Assembly (NCBI GenBank): GCA_002269645.1 | Contig: NIVC01000479.1 | Coordinates: 62,001-126,000 of the forward strand | DNA from: Macrostomum lignano | Taxonomy: Eukaryota | Direction: 5' to 3' | Length of the DNA: 64,000 nucleotides | In this document: positions 1-13,474 of the stretch, piece by piece | Position numbering within the stretch: the stretch's first letter is position 1 | Layout: every line of letters begins with the position of its first letter | Program-made: the position numbers and the translations under genes | Notes under the pieces: model-generated | Told to the model about the DNA's origin: nothing | The model's input: the letters and a program-made list of their open reading frames with translations, nothing else | Database searches by the model: none

Positions 1-3000
1 TAATGTTTCAAATGGTGGCTCTTTAATGTTTGACATGGTGGCTCTTTAATGTTTAGCATGGTGACTTTTAATGTTTGACATGGTGGCTCTTTAATGTTCG
101 ACATGGTGGCTCTTTAATATTCGACATGGTGGCTCTTTAATGTTCGACATGGTGGCTCTTTAATGTTTGACATGGTAGCTCTGTTATGTCCAAAATGGTG
201 GCTCTTTAATGTTTGACATAAAGTCACATATATGTTTGACATGGTGGCTCTTAAATGTTTGACATGGTGGCTCTTTATGTTTGACATGTTGGCTCTTTTA
301 TGTTCGAAATGGTGGCTCTTTTTTGTTCTACATGGTAACTCTTTTATATTTGATACGGTGGCTTTTTTAATGTTTGACATGGTGGCTCTTTAATGATAGA
401 CATGGTGGCTCTTTTACGTTCGAAATAGTGGCTCTTTTATGTTCGACATGGTGGCTCTTTAATGTACGACATAATGGCTCTTTAATGTTTGACAATGTGG
501 CTTTTGAATGTTTGACATGGTGGCTCTTTAATGTTTGACATGGTAGCTCTGTTATGTTCGACATGGTGGCTCTTTAATGTACGACATAATGGCTCTTTAA
601 TGTTTGACAATGTGGCTTTTGAATGTTTGACATGGTGGCTCTTTAATGTTTGACATGGTAGCTCTGTTATGTTCGACATGGTGGCTCTTCTAGGTTTGAC
701 ATGGTGGCTCTTTTATGCTTGATATGGTGGCTCTTTAATGTTTAGCATGGTGACTTTTAATGTTTGACATGGTGGCTCTTTAATGTTCGACATGGTGGCT
801 CTTTAATATTCGACATGGTGGCTCTTTAATGTTCGACATGGTGGCTCTTTAATGTTTGACATGGTAGCTCTGTTATGTCCAAAATGGTGGCTCTTTAATG
901 TTTGACATAAAGTCACATATATGTTTGACATGGTGGCTCTTAAATGTTTGACATGGTGGCTCTTTTATGCTTGATATGGTGGCTCTTTAATGTTTAGCAT
1001 GGTGACTTTTAATGTTTGACATGGTGGCTCTTTAATGTTCGACATGGTGGCTCTTTAATATTCGACATGGTGGCTCTTTAATGTTCGACATGGTAGCTCT
1101 TTAATGTTTGACATGGTAGCTCTGTTATGTCCAAAATGGTGGCTCTTTAATGTTTGACATAAAGTCACATATATGTTTGACATGGTGGCTATTGTTTGAC
1201 ATGGTGGCTCTTTAATTTTCGAAATAGTGGCTCTTCAATGTTTGAAATGGTGGCTCTTTGATGTTCTTCATGATATAGCTCTTTTATGTTACACATGGTG
1301 GCACTTTAATGTTCGACATGGTGGTTCTTTAATGTTTGACATAAAGTCACATATATGTTTGACATGGTGGCTCTTAAATGTTTGACATGGTGGCTCTTTA
1401 ATGTTCGAAATGGTGGCTCTTTTGTTTTACATGGTGGCTCTTAAATGTTTGACATGGTGGCTCTTAAATGTTTGACATGGTGACTCTTTAATGTTTCAAA
1501 TGGTGGCTCTTTAATGTTTTACATGGTAGCTCTTTAATATTCTACATTGTGGCTCATTTATGTTTGACATGGTGGCTCTTTAATGTTCAAAAAAGTGGCT
1601 CCTAAATGTTTGACATAGTGGCTCTTTGATGTTCGAAATAGTGGCTCTTTTATGGTCGACATGGTGGCTCTTTAATGTTCGAAATAGTGGCTCTTTAATG
1701 TTCGAAATAGTGGCTCTTTTATTTTTGACATGGTGGCTCTTTTAGGTTTGACATGGTGGCTCTTTTATGCTTGATATGGTGGCTCTTTAATGTTTAGCAT
1801 GGTGACTTTTAATGTTTGACATGGTGGCTCTTTAATGTTCGACATGGTGGCTCTTTAATATTCGACATGGTGGCTCTTTAATGTTCGACATGGTGGCTCT
1901 TTAATGTTTGACATGGTAGCTCTGTTATGTCCAAAATGGTGGCTCTTTAATGTTTGACATAAAGTCACATATATGTTTGACATGGTGGCTCTTAAATGTT
2001 TGACATGGTGGCTCTTTATGTTTGACATGTTGGCTCTTTTATGTTCGAAATGGTGGCTCTTTTTTGTTCTACATGGTAACTCTTTTATATTTGATACGGT
2101 GGCTTTTTTAATGTTTGACATGGTGGCTCTTTAATGATAGACATGGTGGCTCTTTTACGTTCGAAATAGTGGCTCTTTTATGTTCGACATGGTGGCTCTT
2201 TAATGTACGACATAATGGCTCTTTAATGTTTGACAATGTGGCTTTTGAATGTTTGACATGGTGGCTCTTTAATGTTTGACATGGTAGCTCTGTTATGTTC
2301 GACATGGTGGCTCTTTAATGTACGACATAATGGCTCTTTAATGTTTGACAATGTGGCTTTTGAATGTTTGACATGGTGGCTCTTTAATGTTTGACATGGT
2401 AGCTCTGTTATGTTCGACATGGTGGCTCTTCTAGGTTTGACATGGTGGCTCTTTTATGCTTGATATGGTGGCTCTTTAATGTTTAGCATGGTGACTTTTA
2501 ATGTTTGACATGGTGGCTCTTTAATGTTCGACATGGTGGCTCTTTAATATTCGACATGGTGGCTCTTTAATGTTCGACATGGTGGCTCTTTAATGTTTGA
2601 CATGGTAGCTCTGTTATGTCCAAAATGGTGGCTCTTTAATGTTTGACATAAAGTCACATATATGTTTGACATGGTGGCTCTTAAATGTTTGACATGGTGG
2701 CTCTTTATGTTTGACATGGTGGCTCTTTTATGCTTGATATGGTGGCTCTTTAATGTTTAGCATGGTGACTTTTAATGTTTGACATGGTGGCTCTTTAATG
2801 TTCGACATGGTGGCTCTTTAATATTCGACATGGTGGCTCTTTAATGTTCGACATGGTAGCTCTTTAATGTTTGACATGGTAGCTCTGTTATGTCCAAAAT
2901 GGTGGCTCTTTAATGTTTGACATAAAGTCACATATATGTTTGACATGGTGGCTCTTAAATGTTTGACATGGTGGCTCTTTATGTTTGACATGTTGGCTCT

Positions 3001-3770
3001 TTTATGTTCGAAATGGTGGCTCTTTTTTGTTCTACATGGTAACTCTTTTATATTTGATACGGTGGCTTTTTTAATGTTTGACATGGTGGCTCTTTAATGA
3101 TAGACATGGTGGCTCTTTTACGTTCGAAATAGTGGCTCTTTTATGTTCGACATGGTGGCTCTTTAATGTACGACATAATGGCTCTTTAATGTTTGACAAT
3201 GTGGCTTTTGAATGTTTGACATGGTGGCTCTTTAATGTTTGACATGGTAGCTCTGTTATGTTCGACATGGTGGCTCTTTAATGTACGACATAATGGCTCT
3301 TTAATGTTTGACAATGTGGCTTTTGAATGTTTGACATGGTGGTTCTTTAATGTTTGACATGGTAGCTCTGTTATGTTCGACATGGTGGCTCTTCTAGGTT
3401 TGACACGAAGGCTCTTAAATGTTTAACATGGTGGCTCTTTAATGTTTAACATGGTAGCTCTTTGTTATTTTACATGGCGGCTCTTTCATGTTTGACAAAG
3501 TGGCTCCTAAATGTTTGACATAGTGGCTCTTTGATGTTCGAAATAGTGGCTCTTTTATTTTCGACATCGTGGCTCTTTAATGTTCGAAATGGTGGCTCTT
3601 TTATGTTTGACATAAAGTCACTTATATGTTTTACATGGTGCCTCTTAAATATTAGACATGGTGGCTCGTTTAGGTTTGACATGGTGGCTCTTTAATATTC
3701 GATATGTTGGCTCTTTTATGTTCGAAATGGTAGCTCTTCTATGTTTGACATTGCGCTTCTTTTATGTTTA
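1..3770 (-). repeat. 22-bp tandem satellite (TTTAATGTTTGACATGGTGGCTC-like), internal to Helitron A, with higher-order block duplications
   Basis: The period is visible by eye. Near-identical ORF translations recur at offsets of 1741 and 963 bp (114/1855/2818). Confidence 0.95.
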
Positions 3771-4362
3771 GAAGTTTTGTGTTTTTAAGGTGTTTTGATA
3801 AAAAAAAAATCTTTTTTGCACTACTAAGATTCGAACCCAGGTCGCTACAATAGCATTCCAGTCTGTTCGCATCTGGGCTATCTTTTTCAATTGGAGAACA
3901 TGAATTGTGGCCCTTATAATTCAATTCTTACATCAAGTCAATTGGAGTAAAAAGTTATGACATAATCAATTTCTCAGTCAGCCAGAATCAGTCTCAATTT
4001 AAGTTGCCAATATGGTTATGCAATTTCATTCAAGTCGTGTGTGCATATCTTTGACACTGTTTTCAACTTGTTGTGATGCAATCTTTATCACAATCGGAAT
4101 TCAGCCAGTCAGTTTTTTCTCTAGCATTCTTACAATGCATTTCAAGTCGAAAATTTTGCTTGACCTTTGCAAAAAAGCATGTTTTTCGAATATTTAATCC
4201 CTTTAACATTGAGCAATTTCTTAGCCAAGATGCATGTACCGTCCCAGGAAAATTTCTGATCGAATGGTGCAAGTTTGAAGAAAATCGGTTGAGCCAATTT
4301 TTCTGAAATCTATCGCATACCCACATACCCACATACAGACAACTCATTTTTAGTATATAGGA
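1..4362 (-). mobile_element. Non-autonomous Helitron copy A (5' end at 4362; 3' part lies left of the window)
   Basis: The reverse complement of 3770-4362 matches the ~600-bp 5' unique regions at 25679 and 29800 (TCCTATATACTAAAAATGAGTTGTCTGT...). It is followed by the same 22-bp satellite. Confidence 0.8.
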
Positions 4363-4866
4363 AGGTAAAAGTCTTATAACATTTTTCATTTTTGATATTT
4401 TGCAATACATTTTTAAAATTTGACTAAGAACATCTTTAGAAATCATACTCTTTTATTAGAATATATAAACTCAAAAGGCAACAAAGATACAAAAGAAAAG
4501 GCAGCCTTATGGTCGTAACATTATGGTCGTAACATATTTTTTTCTGTCAATTCAGTAACTTTGAGGTACTAATACATTAAAAATATAATAGATTATTTGG
4601 TCACCAATGCTTTTATCTGATGATGCAAGTACTATACTTTTATCTATAGTTTGTTTCAACCTTCAAAAGCTTTCTATTTGTTTTTAAAAGGTACAAAATC
4701 TTAATGATGTCTTTTGCTTCGAAAAATGTATGAACCCTTTATACTAATCGTTGATATGTCACTTATAATTTGTGGCCATCAAAATTTCAGCTATTTCTAC
4801 ACTTACCAGTGTTATAAAGGCACTGGCCAACTGTCAGACAATAATTAAAACTTATTGATCACCCCA

Positions 4867-6688
4867 ATGTCTGAGATAGTTAGCACTACTCAGTTAGGCG
4901 GCATAGGCAAGGCTAAAAAGTTACAGCAGCGGCAGCAGCATGAGCAAATCCTGTCTAATGGTGGCAGTGGAGACTCGGCCACAGATGTACCCGACACTGC
5001 TTTGAGCATCAATGGCAGCGGCAGCACGCTTGAGCCAGTTGGCAGTGTTGGCAATATTCGAGTACTCCGGGCCACTAGCCAACTGAAGGAATTGCACACC
5101 CTGCTCCGAGATAAAGACACCAGCAGATCGGATTTTGTGTTTTACGCCGATAGGTTAATCCGATTAGTAGTAGAAGAGGCGCTTAATTGCTTGCCATACG
5201 AGCCATTGTCCGTAGTGACACCTGGAGGTCATAAGTACGATGGTCTCAGGTACACTCGCGGCAACTGCGGCGTCAGCGTTATGCGTTCTGGCGAAGCGAT
5301 GGAGAAGGGTCTGCGAGACTGCTGTAGGGCCATTCGAATTGGAAAGGTAGGAAATACTTATTAGTATGTAAGATTGCTGTTGAGTTTGCGTTGCTGTGAG
5401 AGCTGTAGCATTTGTAGTCTCATTTGCATAGATAATCTTAGTGTTACAGGTGTATAGGGTGCTAATCCTGTCTCATTTGCATAGATAATCTTAGTGTTAC
5501 ATGTGTATAGGGTGCTAATCCTGTCTCATTTGCATGGATAATCTTAGTGTCACAGGTGTATGTAGGGTGCTAATCATGTCTCATTTGCATGGATAATCTT
5601 AGTGTCACAGGTGTATGGGGTGCTAATCCTGTCTCATTTGCATGGATAATCTTAGTGTTACAGATGTATAGGGTGCTAATCCTGTCTCATTTGCATGGAT
5701 AATCTTAGTGCTACAGGTGTTTTGGGTGCTAATCCTGTCTCATTTGCATAGATAATCTTAATGCTACAGGTGTATAAGGTGCTAATCCTAGCTGTCTCAT
5801 TTGCATAGATAATCTTAGTGTTACAGGTGTATAGGGTGCTAATCCTGTCTCATTTGCATAGATAATCTTAGTGTTACAGGTGTATAGGGTGCTAATCCTG
5901 TCTCATTCGCATAGATAATCTTAATTTTACAGGTATATAGGGTGCTAATCATGTCTCATTCGCATAGATAATCTTAATGTTACAGGTGTATAGGGTGCTA
6001 ATCCTGTCTCATTTGCATAGATAATCTTAATGTTACAGGTGTATAGGGTGCTAATCATGTCTCATTCGCATAGATAATCTTAATGTTACAGGTGTATAGG
6101 GTGCTAATCATGTCTGCATAGATATATATAGATGCATAGATATAATCTTTGTGTCAAGCGCTTTGAACACATCTCAGTGACTCTATAGTGACTCCAGCAC
6201 GCCTCAAATAAGACTCTACGGTCCCAGAGTCACTTGCGTCGTCCCAGAGTCGGTTCAGATTCGCAGACAATAAAGTACTTTAAAGTGACTTTTGGTCAAC
6301 TTTTTGACGGCCTTGCTTATGTATCTGTATAAACCCCATTGTTCAACACTCCTCCATCAAGATGCTGATCCAGCTGGACAATGAACACGCTGACTCGTCC
6401 GCCCAGCCGGAGCCCGTGTACGTAAAGCTGCCTCCAGGCATTCAACAGCGCCGAGTGCTGCTCATGTACCCAGTCCTTGGCGACGGTCGCGTGGCTGCCA
6501 AAGCTTTGCAATTATTAGTGCAAGACTATGCAATACCCGAGTCTAGCATCTTCTTGTTGAATTTATTCTCAACTAAACGCGGCGTTGATGCCGTCTTGTC
6601 CGCCTTTCCCAATGTGACAGTGCTCACGTCCGAGCTGCACGATCTGGTGCCGTATCACTTCTGCGCCAAGTATTTCGGGACTGATTGA
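4867..6688 (+). CDS. UPRT: Uracil phosphoribosyltransferase homologue (metazoan UPRT-like); join(4867..5346,6362..6688)
   Basis: Motifs QLKELHTLLRDKDTSRSDFVFYADRLIRLVVEEALN, GVSVMRSGEAME.GLRDCCRAIRIGK|MLIQ and C-terminal KYFGTD match animal UPRT. Phase-0 GT-AG intron 5347-6361. Confidence 0.93.
5417..6116. repeat. 53-bp minisatellite (~13 units) in the UPRT intron
   Basis: GTCTCATTTGCATAGATAATCTTAGTGTTACAGGTGTATAGGGTGCTAATCCT recurs with period 53 (5421, 5474...). Confidence 0.92.
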
Positions 6689-7317
6689 TAAGCTGATTTG
6701 ACTCGACCTGGCTAAAAATCCTAGTGAAATAATTGAGCTTCAAACAGTTCATTTAAAACATTTTCCTGGTCAAATTATTACTAACGAGCAAGTAGTCAAT
6801 ATTTATGCACAGTAACAAAATCATTACATTAGCTACTGGCAGTAGCATATCGGCATTATTTGTGAATTGGTATATGTATATCTAGATAAAAATCTATATA
6901 AGTTCAAATGAAGTTTAAAGCATGGCTTTTAAAAAAAAATTGTACATTAAATTAAATCTACCATAATGCTAAACTGCTTTCACTACCACAGTCTTGTCTT
7001 GCTGCCTTGCTTAATCTGATATATGCAAGCTGTTGTGTGTGTTTATGTTACGCCGCAATTTTCCACTTCAAAATGTTTTCATCTAAGGAATAATAATTTC
7101 TATTTAAGAAATAATATTTTTATGCCAATTTGTAATCTAATAATTTATGCTTTATTTCGGTAGTAGTTCATCTGATTAAAAGCTTGTGGAATTAATTTTT
7201 TTAAAAGGGCCGAATGCTTTACTCTTAGTAGTACGAAATGAATGAATTAGCAAGTAGGTTATAGTAAAAAGCGGCCGAAATTGTCACTATTACAAGGTAT
7301 TCAAATTCCACTGCTAT

Positions 7318-9385
7318 CTAATATTCCCAGAATCCCACGGCTACACAATATTCCCAGAATCCCACGGCCACACAATATTCCCAGAATCCCACGGCCACAC
7401 AATATTCCCAGAATCCCACGGCCACACAATATTCCCAGAATCCCACGGCCACACAATATTCCCAGAATCCCACGGCCACACAATATTCCCAGAATCCCAC
7501 GGCCACACAATATTCCCAGAATCCCACGGCCACACAATATTCCCAGAATCCCACGGCCACACAATATTCCCAGAATCCCACGGCCACACAATATTCCCAG
7601 AATCCCACGGCCACACAATATTCCCAGAATCCCACGGCTACACAATATTCCCAGAATCCCACGGCCACACAATATTCCCAGAATCCGACAGCCACACAAT
7701 ATTCCCAGAATCCCACGGCCACACAATATTCCCAGAATCCCACGGCCACACAATATTCCCAGAATCCCACAGCCACACAATATTCCCAGAATCCCACGGC
7801 CACACAATATTCCCAGAATCCCACGGCCACACAATATTCCCAGAATCCCACGGCCACACAATATTCCCAGAATCCCACGGCCACACAATATTCCCAGAAT
7901 CCCACGGCCACACAATATTCCCAGAATCCCACGGCCACACAATATTCCCAGAATCCCACGGCCACACAATATTCCCAGAATCCCACAGCCACACAATATT
8001 CCCAGAATCCCAAAGCCACACAATATTCCCAGAATCCCAAAGCCACACAATATTCCCAGAATCCCACAGCCACACAACATTCCCAGAATTCCACAGCTAC
8101 ACAATATTCCCGGAATCCCACGGCCACACAATATTCCCAGAATCCCACAGTCACACAATATTCCCAGAATCCCACAGCCACACAATATTCCCGGAATCCC
8201 ACAGCCACACAATATTCCCAGAATCCCACAGCCACACAATATTCCCAGAATCCCAAAGCCACACAATATTCCCAGAATCCCAAAGCCACACAATATTCCC
8301 AGAATCCCAAAGCCACACAATATTCCCAGAATCCCACAGCCACACAACATTCCCAGAATTCCACAGCTACACAATATTCCCGGAATCCCACAGCCACACA
8401 ATATTCCCGGAATCCCACAGCCACACAATATTCCCAGAATCCCACGGCCACACAATATTCCCAGAATCCCACAGCTACACAATATTCCCGGAATCCCACA
8501 GCCACACAATATTCCCAGAATCCCACGGCTACACAATATTCCCAGAATCCCACAGCCACACAATATTCCCAGAATCCCACGGCTACACAATATTCCCAGA
8601 ATCCCACAGCCACACAATATTCCCAGAATCCCACGGCTACACAATATTCCCAGAATCCCACAGCCACACAATATTCCCAGAATCCCACGGCCACACAATA
8701 TTCCCAGAATCCCAAAGCCACACAATATACCCAGAATCCCAAAGCCACACAATATACCCAGAATCCCAAAGCCACACAATATTCCCAGAATCCCAAAGCC
8801 ACACAATATTCCCAGAATCCCACAGCCACACAACTTTCCCAGAATTCCACAGCTACACAATATTCCCGGAATCCCACAGCCACACAATATTCCCAGAATC
8901 CCACGCCACACAATATTCCCAGAATCCCACAGCCACACAATATTCCCAGAATCCCACAGCCACAATATTCCCAGAATCCCACAGCCACACAATATTCCCA
9001 GAATCCCACAGCCACACAATATTCCCAGAATCCCACAGCCACACAATATTCCCAGAATCCCACGGCCACACAATATTCCCAGAATCCCACAGCCACACAA
9101 TATTCCCAGAATCCCACGGCCACACAATATTCCCAGAATCACACAGCCACACAATATTCCCAGAATCCCACGGCCACACAATATTCCCAGAATCCCATGG
9201 CCACACAATATTCCCAGAATCCCAAAGCCACACAATATTCCCAGAATTCCACAGCTACACAATATTCCCAGAATCCCAGCCACACAATATTCCCAGAATC
9301 CCACAGCCACACAATATTCCCAGAATCCCACGCCACACAATATTCCCAGAATCCCACGCCACACAATATTCCCAGAAGACACAAT
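7318..9385. repeat. 27-bp minisatellite (~75 units), intergenic
   Basis: CACAATATTCCCAGAATCCCACGGCCA is tandemly repeated. It produces spurious PHNIPRIPR-type ORFs. Confidence 0.96.
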
Positions 9386-10289
9386 ATTCAAAGATTTCTT
9401 TAGTATAAATAAGTTTATAGTGTCATTTATTAAAATATTTTTATAGGATAAATATAAAAGAAAATAATTATATCAGCTGGTCAGCTTACTTGAGCTATAT
9501 TTATAATTTCTGCATTTTGGTTGCACTGGTCTCTGAGACCAGTCTGAGACTGGTCACTGCTTATGCTTTTGTAATTAAAAAAATCTTTATTGTGAAATGA
9601 GAGTTCGAATTGTCAAGACAGTGGCGGTTGCTGCCTGCTATTTTTAATTGATAAATTCTCTCAGTTTTACCCAGTGAGTTCAAAATTCCTGAGTTTATGA
9701 TGATTCATCAACGATCTCTTAGAGCGGGTGATGGCCGCAAATCTACGAGCTGTAATTTTATTCTCTGGCTTGAATTGTTTTCCCTTTTTTGTGTCGATAA
9801 TTATTAATAATTAATAATGTGGCAACCATGTTCCTAGTATAATGGCTATACCAGTAGTGATTTTAAATCGGTGCGCATTTTGTCGTTATTATTAATTGTC
9901 ACTAGCTATTTTTGTCAGCAACAGTAACAAATGAAAAATGCAATGCTTTCCCTGACTCAGCGTGATTTTTTGTTTTGAAATTATGTTTTATAAAAACAAA
10001 ATTTGCGTTTCATTTCAATCATTATTTTGAGCTGTAATTTGTGGCTTTGACCTTTTCGGATATTTATTGCATATATTGGCGCTCAACGTAGTTAGTTAGG
10101 GCGAAGGTTTGATCAATTTAAATCCAATTGCGTCTCTGCGCGCTACTTTGATTGAGAAAATTATACCAGGTAGTTTTTTAATTAATGCCTACAAATGTTT
10201 TGTGTGATTAAATTTTGCAATTAGATTTAGAAATTTATTGTTATTATGGTTATTAATAGTTTGCAATACTTTGCTTAGTCTTTAGCTCT

Positions 10290-10790
10290 CTTTTCACTCA
10301 CCCTCTTCTCTGATCGTTTTTTCCTTCCCCTCCTCTCCTCTCACCCTTTCCACTCTCCTCTACTCTCATCCTCTCCTCCCTCCCTTTCTACTCTACTCTC
10401 ACCTTGTACTCTCACCCTCTCCTCTCAGCTCCTACTCTCTTCTCACATTCTCTACTCTCACCATTTTCTCACAGTTTCACCATCTTCTCTCATCCTCTAT
10501 TCTCACCCTCTTCTCGTCTCTCACTCTCTTCTCTCACTCTCTACTCTAGTCTCACTTTCTCTTCTCATCCTCTATTCTCACCCTCTTTTCGACTCTCACT
10601 CTCCGAGTCTCTTCTCTCACGTTTTTCTCTTCTCTTACCCTCTACTCTACTCTCACCCTTTCCTCTCATCCTCTATTCTCACCCTCTTTTCGGCTCTCAC
10701 GATCTTCTCTTCTCTCACTCTCTACTCTACTCTCACCCTTTTCTCTCCACTCACCTTCTCTCTCTCCCCTCTCTCTTTTTAACAGGATCA
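10290..10790. repeat. CT-rich low-complexity degenerate repeat upstream of STX5
   Basis: Recurrent CTCTCACCCT / CTCTACTCT motifs. Confidence 0.75.
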
Positions 10791-11070
10791 TTTTCTCGCA
10801 TTTTTCTCTCTTATTTCTTTTGCAACTCGCCTCTTAGTATAAATTATATTATAAGTGCTATTACGTAGATTTCCGCCATTGTCATTATTAGACTAATTGA
10901 TTTTTGTATATTCTCTTATTTTTCTATTACTGTTTCATCATGTGCTACTGCAGGTGCCTTGAATTTGACAATTTCTGCTTGCTCAAAAGAATCCAGTCGG
11001 CAGTGCCCCACTCAGTCAGTAATCCAACTCACTCAGAGGCTACACTTGATCAGCAGCTATTATCTTGAAC

Positions 11071-11461
11071 ATGACCGCTAGCAGAGATCGCACCAACGAA
11101 TTCCAATCTGTGGTGCAGTTGATGCGCGGTCGCCTTAGCAACGGTGCCGCATCGGGCGCAGCGGCGTCGGCGTCGGAACAGCATTCGCAAGTGAAGGCTC
11201 GGCTGCACCAGCGCAGCCAGTTCAACCAGCTGGCCAGGCGGGTTGGCGCCGATTTGAAAAGCACCTGTGCCAAGGTTGAGAAGCTGGCGCTATTGGCAAA
11301 ACGGCAGAGTCTGTTTGATGATAGGGTACCGGAGATTCAGGAGCTCACCTATATTGTGCGGCAGGATCTTAATGCGCTCAATCAGGCGATTGGCTCCCTG
11401 CAGGTGCGGCTGCGGCTCTTCTTTATTGTGTAGTCTGGCTGCGCCTTGGTGTCAGACAGGC

Positions 11462-11496
<35 letters not shown>

Positions 11497-11685
11497 TGGA
11501 CAGACAGACAGACACTAAGACAGATAGCTCGTACACTAAGACAGAAAGACAGATAGACAGACACTAAGACAGACAGACAGCCAGACAGACAGACACTAAG
11601 ACAGACAGACAGACAGACAGACAGACACTAAGACAGATACAAGACAGACACACTAAGACAGACAGACAGACAGACACACTAAGAC

Positions 11686-11734
<49 letters not shown>

Positions 11735-13474
11735 CACAAACAGACAGACAGCTCGCATTGAAATACAAAGACAGAGACTAGAACAAATTGATATGAAAAC
11801 AGACGAACATAGTCTGTCTGTCTTTTTGTGTAATCTGTTTGTCTCTGTCTATATTTGTTATGGTTTGTATCAACTTTTTTGTGTTTACAGCATCTGTCTG
11901 TTGTCCTAAGTGACTGTCTGGCTTCCTGTGTGTATCTGGCTAATTTGTCTAAGACATTCGGCAGCGGACAATTATGTTAGGGGCTAACAGTAAAACTAGG
12001 GTAGTGTCTGTTCCGTGTCTAGATTTTCACTTTTCAAGATTGTCTTTGTTTTATTCTTAGTTTCATTAATACTTTGTCCCATCTTTCGTGACAGGACGCA
12101 ACAGAAATTGGACAACCAATGATAATATTTGAGTAATCTGTAAAAACGTAGTTTACTCTTACAGACTTTTTAAACTTCTGTGGGTCAGAGAGTCTCCGCA
12201 ATTTAAAGGGTTAGAAGTAAATATTAAAAAATCAAAACAGCTTAATTGCTTTCGGCCTCCAGGAAGTCTCCAGAAACGGTCAAAGCCAATTCCAACAGCA
12301 GCAGCAGCAGCAGTCTCGCACGCACAGCAATTCAGTTGTACTAGCCTTGCAAACCCAGCTGGCTAACATGTCGGATAGATTCAGAAATGTATTGGAAACT
12401 CGGACAGAAACTTTAAAACAGAATGCCGCTCGACGCGAGCAATTCTCGGCCACGTCTAGTACAGTTGACCTGCTTGCCAAGCCTTCGCTGTTAGCTCAGG
12501 ACGATGAACTGCACAGGACCAGTTCAGATGTGGCCATTGACATGTCGGGGGCTGAGGCCAACTGGCGAAGGTGACAGCAAGTTTTCTAGCTCAGTCTATT
12601 TATTCTTCGAGTATATGCTCTCTCCCGTCTCTGCCCGCCTCCTCCCACTCTACCCAATGTGCACACGCTCCCGTCTTTTCTAACCCCCCCTCACTCTATC
12701 CAATGTACGGTACACTGTCTTATCTTTTGTACCCCATCCAATGTACACTGTCTTATCAGCTCCCTTCTCCCATCCAATGTACACACGCTCCCGTCCTTTC
12801 TAACCACCTCTCACCCCATCCAATATAGACACGCTCCCGTCTTTTCTAACCCGCTCTCACCCCATCTAATGTACACACGGTCTATCTTTTGTACCCCCCT
12901 CTCACTCACCCCATCCAATGTACACACACGCTCCCGTCTTTTCTTACCCCCTCTCACCCTATCCAATGTACACTGTCTTATCAGCCCCCTTCCCCCATCC
13001 AATGTACACACGCTCCCGTCCTTTCTAACCACCTCTCACCCCATCTAATGTACACACGCGCCCGTCCTTATGAGCCCCTCTCCCCCGTGTAAATATAAAC
13101 TTATCTATAGAAGTAAACAGTTAACAAATCAACTAATAAAGCAGCTTCGAAAACCCTTAATCAGACAACAGCAGGCACTACTTGATCAGAACGAAGACTA
13201 CCTCAACAGTCGAGCGGACACAATGCGCAACATTGAACAGACAATGGTAGATCTTGGCCAAATATTTCAACAATTAGCCACCATTGTGAGAGAGCAAGAC
13301 GAGATGGTGCAGCGCATCGATGCCAGCGTCGACCAGACAACAATCAATGTCGAAGGCGCTCACGCTGAATTACTGAAATTCTTTAAAACGGTCTCTTCTA
13401 ATCGGCGCCTAATGCTAAAAGTATTCGGCGTGCTCATCGTATTCTTTGTGCTCTTTGTGGTCTTCTTGTCTTGA
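11071..13474 (+). CDS. STX5: Syntaxin-5 (cis-Golgi Qa-SNARE); join(11071..11403,12263..12570,13165..13474)
   Basis: N-terminal RDRTNEF Sly1-binding peptide; Habc KRQSLFDDR..EIQELTYIV; SNARE motif SRADTMRNIEQTMVDLGQIFQQLA..V.EQ.EMVQRID; C-terminal TM. GT-AG introns have compatible phases (0, 2). Confidence 0.95.
11452..11750. repeat. (CAGA)n microsatellite in STX5 intron 1
   Basis: GACA/CAGA tetranucleotide run with CACTAAG interruptions. Confidence 0.93.
12645..13075. repeat. Degenerate minisatellite in STX5 intron 2
   Basis: Recurrent CCCATCCAATGTACACACGCTCCCGTC units. Confidence 0.85.

Noticed and set aside
114-3682. Many 65-88 aa ORFs (MSNIKEPPC...), also at 27129-28009, 31029-31241 and 42741-43136
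   Set aside because: Translations of the 22-bp satellite; no coding signal.
7281-9446. 721-aa and 696-aa ORFs on opposite strands
   Set aside because: Stop-free by-product of a 27-bp (multiple of 3) minisatellite; no unique domain.
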